From Octopus sinensis (lineage: Eukaryota): a DNA stretch of 64,000 nt. The notes under the pieces are model-generated. The model saw only the letters and a list, made by a program, of their open reading frames with translations, did not search any database and was not told the origin of the DNA. How positions within the stretch are numbered: position 1 is the first letter of the stretch; the number at the start of each line of letters is the position of its first letter. Both the position numbers and the translations under genes were made by a program. Below, in pieces: positions 53,001 to 64,000 of this stretch. The stretch spans positions 1 to 64,000 of the forward strand of contig NW_021824846.1 in assembly GCF_006345805.1 (NCBI RefSeq), in the 5' to 3' direction.

Positions 53001-56000
53001 CAAAATATGTGTACTTGAAAAACAATAGAAAATTCAGTGATCTCTTAGCTAAATATAATTTAACTGATTGATAAAATGCTTATAGTTATCCAAGAGAACA
53101 GTAAAATCTCAAAAGTTTTCAGGTTAGAAAATGTGAAAATATTGCATATGCGTACTTGAAAAACAACAAAAAATTTAATGATCTAAATATACGTGTACTT
53201 GAAAAACAACAAAAGATTTAGTGATCTATTAGCTAAATGTAAGTTAACTGATTGCTAAAAAGCTTATATTTATCCAAGAGAACACTAAAATCTCAAAGTT
53301 TTCAGGTTAGTAAATGTCAAAATACAGCATATGTGTACTTGAAAAAGGAAAAAAAAATTTAGTGATCTAAATATACGTGTACTTGAAAAACATCTATTAG
53401 CTAAATAAAGTTAACTGATTGATAAAAGCTTATAGTTATCCAAGAGAACAGTAAAATCTCAAAAGTTTTCAGGTTAGAAAATGTGAAAATATTGCATATG
53501 CGTACTTGAAAAACAACAAAAAATTAATGATCTAAATATACGTGTACTTGAAAAACAACAAAAGATTTAGTGATCTATTAGCTAAAATAAGTTAACTGAT
53601 TGATAAAAGCTTTCAGGTTACAAAAGTTTTCAGATTACAAAATCTCAAATATGTGTACTTGAGAAACAACAGAAATTTAGTGATCTCTTAGCTAAATATA
53701 ATTTAACTGATTGATAAAAAGCTTATATTTATCCAAGAGAACAGTAAAATCTCAAAAGTTTTCAGGTTAGAAAATGTGAAAATATTGCATATGCGTACTT
53801 GAAAAACAACAAAAAATTTAATGATCTAAATATACGTGTACTTGAAAAACAACAAAAGATTTAATGATCTATTAGCTAAATATAAGTTAACTGATTGATA
53901 AAAAGCTTATATTTATCGAATAGAACACTAAAATCTCAAAAGTTTTCAGGTTAGAAAATGTCAAAATATTGCATATGTGTACTTGAAAAACAACGAATAA
54001 TTTAGTGATCACTTAGCTAAATATAAGTTAACTGATTGATAAAAAGCTTATATTTATCCAAGAGAACAGTAAAATCTCAAAAGTTTTCAGGTTAGAAAAT
54101 GTCAAAATATGTGTACTTGAAAAACAACAGAAAATTTAGTGATCTCTTAGCTAAATATAAGTTAACTGATTGACAAAAGCTTATATTTATCCAAGAGATC
54201 ACTAATATCTTAAAAGTTTTCAGGTTAGTAAATGTCAAAATACAGCATATGTGTACTTGAAAAAGAACAAAAAATTTAATGATCTAAATATATGTGTACT
54301 TGAAAAACAACGAATAATTTAGTGATCACTTAGCTAAATATAAGTTTACTGATTGATAAAAAGCTTATATTAATCCAAGAGAACACTAAATCTCAAAAGT
54401 TTTCAGGTTAGAAAATGTTAAAATATGTGTACTTGAAAACAATAGAAAATTCAGTGATCTCTTAGCTAAATAATTTTAACTGATTGATAAAAGCTTATAG
54501 TTATCCAAGAGAACAGTAAAATCTGAAAAGTTTTCAGGTTAGAAAATGTGAAAATATTGCATATGCGTATTTGAAAACAACAAAAATTTAATGATCTAAA
54601 AATACGTGTACTTGAAAAACAACAAAAGATTTAGTGATCTATTAGCTAAATATAAGTTAACTGATTGATAAAAAGCTTATGTTTATCCAAGAGAACACTA
54701 AAATCTCAAAAGTTTTCAGGTTAGAAAATGTCAAAATACAGCATATGCGTACTTGAAAAACAACAAAAATTTAGTGATCACTTAGCTAAATATAAGTTAA
54801 CTGATTGATAAAAAGCTTATATTTATCCAAGAGAACACTAAAATCTCATAAGTTTTCAGGTTAGAAAATATCAAAATAAGCATATGCATACTTGAAAAAC
54901 AACAAAAAATTGGTGATCTCTTAGCTGAATATAAGTTAACTGATTGATAAAAAGCTTATATGTATCCAAGAGACACTAAAATCTCAAAAGTTTTCAGGTT
55001 AGAAAATGTCAAAATATGTGTACTTTAAAACAACAGAAAATTTAGTGATCTCTTAGCTAAATATAAGTTAACTGATGGATAAAAAGCTTATATTTATATC
55101 CAAGAGACACTAAAATCTCAAAGTTTTCAGGTTAGTAAATGTCAAAATACAGCATATGTGTACTTGAAAAAGGAAAAAAAAATTTAGTGATCTCTTAGCT
55201 GAATATAAGTTAACTGATTGATAAAAAGCTTATATGTATCCAAGAGAACACTAAAATCTCAAAAGTTTTCAGGTTAGTAAATGTCAAAATATTGCATATG
55301 CGGACATGAAAAACAACAAAATATTAATGATCTAATTATATGTGTACTCGAAAAACAACAAAAAATTTAGTGATCTATTAGCTAATATAATTTAACTGAT
55401 TGATAAAAAGCTTATAGTTATCCAAGAGAACAGTAAATCTCAAAAGTTTTCAGGTTAGAAAATGTGAAAATATTGCATATGCGTACTTGAAAAACAACAA
55501 AAAATTTAATGATCTAAATATACGTGTACTTGAAAAACAACAAAATTTAGTGATCTATTAGCTAAATAGTTAACTGATTCATAAAAGCTTTCAGGTTACA
55601 AAAGTTTTCAGGTTACAAAATGTCAAAATATGTGTACTTGAGAAACAACAGAAAATTTAGTGATCTCTTAGCTAAATATAATTTAACTGATTGATAAAAA
55701 GCTTATATTTATCCAAGAGAACACTTAAATCTCAAAAGTTTTCAGGTTAGAAAATGTCAAAATATTGCATATGCGTACTTGAAAAACAACAAAAAATTTA
55801 GTGATCTCTTAGCTGAATGTAAGTTAACTGATTGATAAAAAGCTTATATAAATCCAAGAGAACTAAAATCTCAAAAGTTTTCAGGTTAGAAAATGTCAAA
55901 ATATTGAATTCGCGTACTTGAAAAACAACAAAAAATTAGTGATCTCTTAGCTAAATATAAGTTAACTGATTGACAAAAGCTTATATTTATCCAAGAGATC

Positions 56001-56788
56001 ACTAATATCTTAAAAGTTTTCAGGTTAGTAAATGTCAAAATACAGCATATGTGTACTTGAAAAGAACAAAAAATTTAATGATCTAAATATATGTGTACTT
56101 GAAAAACAACGAATAATTTAGTGATCACTTAGCTAAATATAAGTTTACTGATTGATAAAAGCTTATATTAATCCAAGAGAACACTAAAATCTCAAAGTTT
56201 TCAGGTTAGAAAATGTTAAAATATGTGTACTTGAAAAACAATAGAAAATTCAGTGATCTCTTAGCTAAATATAATTTAACTGATTGATAAAAAGCTTATA
56301 GTTATCCAAGAGAACAGTAAAATCTGAAAGTTTTCAGGTTAGAAAATGTGAAAATATTGCATATGCGTATTTGAAAAACAACAAAAAATTTAATGATCTA
56401 AAAATACGTGTACTTGAAAAACAACAAAAGATTTAGTGATCTATTAGCTAAATATAAGTTAACTGATTGATAAAAAGCTTATGTTTATCCAAGAGAACAC
56501 TAAAATCTCAAAAGTTTTCAGGTTAGAAAATGTCAAAATACAGCATATGCGTACTTGAAAAACAACAAAAAATTAGTGATCACTTAGCTAAATATAAGTT
56601 AACTGATTGATAAAAAGCTTATATTTATCCAAGAGAACACTAAAATCTCATAAGTTTTCAGGTTAGAAAATATCAAAATATAGCATATGCATACTTGAAA
56701 AACAACAAAAAATTTGGTGATCTCTTAGCTGAATATAAGTTAACTGATTGATAAAAAGCTTATATGTATCCAAGAGAACACTAAAATC

Positions 56789-57060
56789 GGGCACGTTTGG
56801 GCGGCGGAGCAAAGGGCGAACGCGCTAGCCGCAGTTTGCCATCTTTCGGGTTTTTACGGGACGGACCGCGTCGCCGTATCGACGGCGTGCATCTCGTGAA
56901 CGCCCTTCCGACATCGGTGGCGGCTACGTCCACGCGTCCGTGGGCCGTACCGCGAGCGTGGGTTCGTTCTTTCGGTTTCGGGTACGGTAGCGCGGCGGAG
57001 GAACGGGCGACAGGCGCGGGCCTGCCGCCAACGGCCCCGCGGCTCGCGGACGAACGGGAG
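56789..57060. other. Second copy of the GC-rich insert
   Basis: Near-identical to 43778-44050 with the same junctions; offset 13011 bp. Confidence 0.9.
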
Positions 57061-60000
57061 AAATATGTGTACTTTAAAAACAACAGAAAATTTAGTGATC
57101 TCTTAGCTAAATATAAGTTAACTGATGGAAAGAAGCTTATATTTATCCAAGAGAACACTAAAATCTCAAAAGTTTTCAGGTTAGTAAATGTCAAAATACA
57201 GCATATGTGTACTTGAAAAGGAAAAAAAATTTAGTGATCTCTTAGCTGAATATAAGTTAACTGATTGATAAAAAGCTTATATGTATCCAGAGAACACTAA
57301 AATCTCAAAATCTCAAATTTTCAGGTTAGTAAATGTCAAATATTGCATATGCGGACATGAAAAACAACAAATATTTAATGTCTAATTATATGTGTACTCG
57401 AAAAACAACAAAAAATTTAGTGATCTATTAGCTAAATATAATTTAACTGATTGATAAAAGCTTATAGTTATCCAGAGAACAGTAAAATCTCAAAAGTTTT
57501 CAGGTTAGAAAATGTGAAAATATTGCATATGCGTACTTGAAAAACAACAAAAATTTTATGATCTAAATATACGTGTACTTGAAAAACAACAAAGATTTAG
57601 TGATCTATTAGCTAAATATAAGTTAACTGATTGATAAAAGCTTTCAGGTTACAAAAGTTTTCAGGTTACAAAAGTCAAAATATGTGTACTTGAGAAACAA
57701 CAGAAAATTTAGTGATCTCTTAGCTAAATATAATTTAACTGATTGATAAAAGCTTATATAAATCCAAGAGAACACTAAAATCTCAAAAGTTTTCAGGTTA
57801 GAAAATGTCAAATATTGAATTCGCGTACTTGAAAAACAACAAAAAAAATAGTGATCTATTAGCTAAATGTAAGTTAACTGATTGCTAAAAAGCTTATATT
57901 TATCCAAGAGAACACTAAAATCTCAAAAGTTTTCAGGTTAGAAAATGTCAAAATATTGCATTTGCGTACTTGAAAAAACAAAATTTAGTGATCTCTTAGC
58001 TAAATATAATTTAACTGATTGATAAAAAGCTTATATTTATCCTAGAGAACACTAAACTCTCAATAGTTTTCAGGTTAGAAAATGTCAAAATATTGCATAT
58101 GCGTATTTGAAAAACAACAAAAAATTTAGTGATCTCTTAGCTAAAGATAAGTTAACGGATGGATAAAAAGCTTATAGTTATCCAAGAGAACAGCAAAATC
58201 TCAAAAGTTTTCAGGTTAGAAAATGTGAAAATATTGTATATGCGTACTTGAAAAACAACAAAAAATTTAATGATGTAAATATACGTGTACTTGAAAAACA
58301 AAAAAATTTATGATCTATTAGCTAAATATAAGTTAACTGATTGATAAAAAGCTCATATTTATCGAAGAGAACACTAAAATCTCAAAAGTTTTCAGGTTAG
58401 AAAATGTCAAAATATTGCATATGTGTACTTGAAAAACAACGAATAATTTAGTGATCACTTAGCTAAATATAAGTTTACTGATTGATAAAAAGCTTATATT
58501 TATCCAAGAGAACACTAAAATCTCAAAAGTTTTCAGGTTAGTAAATGTCAAAAAACAGTATATATGTGTACTTGAAAAAGAATAAAAAATTTAGTGACCT
58601 CTTAGCTAAAGATACGTTTATTGATTGATAAAAAGCTTATATTTATACGATAAAAAGCTTATATTTATATGTGTACTTGAAAAACAACAAAAAATTTAGT
58701 GATCTGTTAGCTAAATATAAGTTAACTGATTGATAAAAAGCTTATATTTATCCAAGAGAACACTAAAATCTCAAAAGTTTTCAGGTTAGAAAATGTCAAA
58801 ATATTGCATTTGCGTACTTGAAAAACAACAAAAAATTTAGTGATCTATTAGCTAAATGTAAGTTAACTGATTGCTAAAAAGCTTTTATTTATCCAAGAGA
58901 ACACTAAAATCTCAAAAGTTTTCAGGTTACAAAATGTCAAAGTATGTGTACTTGAAACACAACAGAATATTTAGTGATCTCTTAGCAAAATATAATTTAA
59001 CTGATTGATAAAAAGCTCATATATATCCAAGAGAACACTAAAATCTCAAAGGTTTTCAGGTTAGAAAATGTCAAAATATTGCATATGCGTACTTGAAAAC
59101 AACAAAAAATTAGTGATCGCTTAGCTAAATATAAGTTTATTGATTGATAAAAAGCTTATATTTATCCCAGAGGACACTAAAATCTCAAAAATTTTCTGGT
59201 TAGAAAATGTCAAAATATGTGTACTTGAAAAACAACAGAAAATTTAGTGACCTCTTAGCTAAAGATACGTTTATTGATTGATAAAAAGCTTATATTTATA
59301 CGATAAAAAGCTTATATTTATATGCGTACTTGAAAAACAACAAAAAATTTAGTGATCCCTTAGCAAAATATAAGTTAAGTGATTGATAAAAAGTTTATAT
59401 TTATCCAAGAGAACACTAAACTCTCAAAAGTTTTCAGGTTAGAAAATGTCAAAATATTGCATTTGCGTACTTGAAAAAAACAAAAATTTTAGTGATCTAT
59501 TAGCTAAATGTAAGTTAATGAATTACTAAAAAGCATATTTTATCCAAGAGAACACTAAAATCTCAAAAGTTTTCAGGTTAGAAAATGTCAAAATATGTGT
59601 ACTTGAAAAACAATAGAAAATTCAGTGATCTCTTAGCTAAATATAATTTAACTGATTGATAAAAAGCTTATAGTTATCCAAGAGAACAGTAAAATCTCAA
59701 AAGTTTTCAGGTTAGAAAATGTGAAAATATTGCATATGCGTACTTGAAAACAACAAAACTTTAATGATCTAAATATACGTGTACTTGAAAAACAACAAAG
59801 ATCTAATGATCTATTAGCTAAATATAAGTTAACTGATTGATAAAAGCTTATATTTATCGAATAGAACACTAAAATCTCAAAAGTTTTCAGGTTAGAAAAT
59901 GTCAAAATATTGCATATGTGTACTTGAAAAACAACGAATAATTTAGTGATCACTTAGCTAAATATAAGTTAACTGATTGATAAAAGCTTATATTTATCCA

Positions 60001-63000
60001 AGAGAACAGTAAAATCTCAAAAGTTTTCAGGTTTAAAATGTCAAAATATGTGTACTTGAAAAACAACAGAAAATTTAGTGATCTCTTAGCTAAATAAAGT
60101 TAACTGATTGACAAAAAGCTTATATTTATCCAAGAGATCACTAATATCTCAAAAGTTTTCAGGTTAGAAAATGTCAAAATGTTGCATATGCGTACTTGAA
60201 AAACAAAAAATTTAGTCATCTCTTAGCTGAATATAAGTTAACTGATTGATAAAAGCTTATATTTATCCAAGAGAACACTAAAATCTTAAAGTTTTCAGGT
60301 TAGTAAATGTCAAAATACAGCATATGTGTACTTGAAAAAACAAAAAATTTAAGATCTAAATATATGTGTACTTGAAAAACAACGAATAATTTAGTGATCA
60401 CTTAGCTAAATATAAGTTTACTGATTGATAAAAAGCTTATATTAATCCAAGAAACACTAAAATCTCAAAAGTTTTCAGGTTAGAAAATGTTAAAATATGT
60501 ATACTTGAAAAACAATAGAAAATCAGTGATCTCTTAGCTAAATATAATTTAACTGATTGATAAAAAGCTTATAGTTATCCAAGAACAGTAAATCTCAAAA
60601 GTTTTCAGGTTAGAAAATGTGAAAATATTGCATATGCGTACTTGAAAAACAACAAAAATTTAATGATCTAAATATACGGTACTTGAAAACCAACAAAAGA
60701 TTTAGTGATCTATTAGCTAAATATAAGTTAACTGATTGAAAAAGCTTATGTTTATCCAGAGAACACTAAAATCTCAAAGGTTTTCAGGTTAAAAATGTCA
60801 AAATATAGCATATGCTACTTGAAAACACAAAAAATTTAGTGATCTCTTAGCTAAATATAAGTTAACTGATTGATAAAAGCTTATATTTCCAAGAGAACAC
60901 TAAAATCTCAAAAGTTTTCAGGTTAGAAAATGTCAAAATATTGCATATGCGTACTTGAAAAACAACAAAAATTTAGTGATCTCTTAGCTAAATATAAGTT
61001 AACTGATTGATAAAAGCTTATATTTATCCAAGAGAACACTAAAATCTCAAAGTTTTCAGGTTAGAAATGTCAAAATATTGCATATGTGTACTTGAAAAAC
61101 AACGAAAATTTAGTGATCACTTAGCTAAATATAAGTTAACTGATTGATAAAAAGCTTATATTTATCCAAGAACACTAAAATCTCAAAAGTTTTCAGGTTA
61201 GAAAATGTCAAATATATCATATGTGTACTTGAAAACAACAAAAATTTAGTGATCACTTAGCTAAATATAAGTTAACTGATTGATAAAAGCTTATATTTAT
61301 CCAAGAGAACACTAAATCTCAAAAGTTTTCAGGTTAGAAATGTCAATATAGCATATGCGTACTTGAAAAACAACAAAAATTTAGTGATCTCTTAGCTAAA
61401 TATAAGTTAACTGATTGATAAAAAGCTTATATTTATCCAAGAGAACACTAAAATCTCAAAAGTTTTCAGGTTAGAAAATGTCAAATATGTGTACTTGAAA
61501 ACAACAAAAATTTAGTGATCTCTTAGCTAAATATAAGTTAACTGATTGATAAAAAGCTTATATTTATCCAAGAGAACACTAAAATCTCAAAAGTTTTCAG
61601 GTTAGAAAATGTCAAAATTTGCATGTGTACTTGAAAAACAACGAAAATTTAGTGATCTCTTAGCTAATATAAGTTAACTGATTGATAAAAAGCTTATATT
61701 TATCCAAGAGAACACTAAATGTCAAAAGTTTTCAGGTTAGAATATGTCAAAATATTGCATATGCGTACTTAAAAACAACAAAAAATTTAGTGATCTCTTA
61801 GCTAAATATAAGTTAATTGATTTTAAAAAAGCTTACTAAATACTAAAAACTAAAATCTCAAAATTTTCAGGTTAGAAATGTCAAAATTTGCATATGCGGA
61901 CATGAAAAACAACAAAATATTTAATGATCTAATATATGTGTACTCGAAAAACAACAAAAAATTAGTGATCTATTAGCTAAATATAAGTTAACTGATTGAT
62001 AAAAGCTTATATTTTATCCAAGAGAACACTAAATCTCAAAAGTTTTCAGGTTAGAAAAGTCAAAAGTTTTTCAGGTTAGAAAATGTCAAAAGTTTTCAGG
62101 TTAGAAAATGTCAAATATGTGTACTTGAAAAACAACAGAAAATTAGTGATCTCTTAGCTAAATATAAGTTTACTGATTGATAAAAAGCTTATATTTATCC
62201 AAGAGAACACTAAATCTCAAAAGTTTTCAGGTTATAAATGTCAAAACAGTATACATTTGTACTTGAAAAAGAATAAAAATTTAGTGATCTCTTAGCTAAA
62301 TATAACGTTTATTGATTGATAAAAAGCTTATATTTATACGATAAAAAGCTTATATTAATATGTGTACTTGAAACAAAATATTTAATGATCTAAATATATG
62401 TGTACTCGAAAAACAACAAAAAATTGAGTGATCTCTTCTCTGCTAATATAAGTTTTGATTGATAAAAAGCTTATATTTATCCAAGAGGACACTAAAATCT
62501 CAAAATTTTCAGGTTGGAAAATGTCAATATATGTGTACTTGAAAAACAACAGAAAATTTAGTGATCTCTTAGCTATATATAAGTTAACTGATTGATAAAA
62601 AGCTTATATTTATCCAAGAGAAAAACTAAAATCTCAAAGTTTTCAGGTTAGAAAATGTCAAATATTGCATATGCGTACTTGAAAACAACAAAAATTTAGT
62701 GATCCCTTAGAAAAAATATAGTTACCGATTGATAAAAAGCTTATATTTATCCAAGAGAACACTAAACTCTCAAAAGTTTTCAGGTTAGAAAATGTCAAAT
62801 ATTGCATATGCGTTCTTGAAAACAACAAAAAATTAGTGATCTCTGAGCTAAATATATATAACTGATTGATAAAAAGCTTATATATTTCAAGAGAACACTA
62901 AATCTCAAAAGTTTTCAGGTTACAAAATGTCAAAATATGTGTACTTGAGAAACAACAGAATTTAGTGATCTCTTAGCTAAATATAATTAACTGATTGATA

Positions 63001-64000
63001 AAAGCTTATATTTATGCAAGAACACTTAAATCTCAAAAGTTTTCAGGTTAGAAAATGTCAAAATATGCATATGCGTACTTGAAAAACAACAAAAAATTTA
63101 GTGATCTCTTAGCTAATATAAGTTTATTGATTTTTAAAAAAGCTTATATTTATCCAAGAGAACACTAAAATCTCAAAGTTTTCAGGTTAGAAAATGTCAA
63201 AATATGTGTCCTTGAAAAACAACAGAAAATTTAGTGATCTCTTAGCTAGATATAAGTTAACTGATGGATAAAATGCTTATATTTATCCAAGAGAACACTA
63301 AAATCTCAAAAGTTTTCAGGTTAGAAAATGTGAAAATATGTGTACTTGAAAAACAACAGAAAATTTAGTGATCTCTTAGCTAAATATAAGTTAACTGATT
63401 GATAAAAAGCTTATATTTATCCAAGAGATCACTAATATCTCAAAAGTTTTCAGAATACAAAATGTCAAAATATTGTATATGTGCACTTGAAAAACAACAA
63501 AAAATTTTGTGAGCTCCTAGCAAAATATAAGTTAACTGATTGATAAAAAGCTTATATCCAAGAGAACACTAAAATCTCAAAGGTTTCAGGTTAGAAATGT
63601 CAAAATATGCATATGCGTACTGAAAACAACAAAAAATTTAGTGATCGCTTAGCTAAATATAAGTTAACTGATTGATAAGAAGCTTATATATATTCAAGAG
63701 AACACTAAAATCTTGAAAGTTTTCAGGTTACAAAATGTCAAAATATGTGTACTTGAGAAACAACAGAAAATTTAGTGATCTATTAGCTAAATATAAGTTA
63801 ACTGATTGATAAAAGCTTATATTTATCCAAGAGAACACTAAATCTCAAAAGTTTTCAGGTTAGTAAAGGTCAAAATACAGCATATGTGTACTTGAAAAAG
63901 AACAAAAATTTAGTGATCTCTTAGCTGAATATAAGTTAACTGATGATAAAAAGCTTATCCAAGAGAACACTAAAATCTCAAAAGTTTTCAGGTTAGAAAA

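Larger units (their letters stand above)
21526..64000 (+). repeat. AT-rich (~25% GC) satellite array with a 141-bp basic monomer
   Basis: Consensus aaaatctcaaaagttttcaggttagaaaatgtcaaaatattgcatatgcgtacttgaaaaacaacaaaaaatttagtgatctcttagctaaatataagttaactgattgataaaaagcttatatttatccaagagaacact (period 141, e.g. 23161 to 23302). ~132-bp and ~180-bp variants occur. The array runs off the window end. Confidence 0.97.

Noticed and set aside
21526-64000. CRISPR-like interpretation of the regular array
   Set aside because: There are no unique spacers, the entire period is repeated, there are no cas genes, and the context is eukaryotic.

Overview
AT-rich animal genomic DNA with no intact host gene. The SINEs resemble, from memory, those abundant in octopod genomes; this was not checked by search. 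Bases 1-13 kb are a nest of transposon relics separated by (TA)n microsatellites. They include a CR1/L2-type RT fragment, Helitron-like non-autonomous copies, SINEs and a Penelope-like GIY-YIG fragment. Most notably, at least five unrelated elements here each carry a type I hammerhead-ribozyme fold with a palindromic stem III, and most have a fold-back inverted duplication at their 5' end. One of these is a ~1.98 kb ribozyme-bounded unit whose only cargo is a decayed LINE-ORF1/gag-like CCHC protein gene. Another is a 534-nt non-coding retrozyme-like unit ending in a 211-bp near-perfect hairpin. Bases 13-17.7 kb form a bipartite 10-bp-periodic satellite. Bases 19-21.5 kb are a transition zone of diverged, inverted satellite-like units with an R4/Dong-type RT remnant. 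Bases 21.5-64 kb are a 141-bp, internally dyad-symmetric AT-rich satellite with kb-scale higher-order duplications (including ~13 kb) and two copies of a 273-bp, 69% GC foreign insert.
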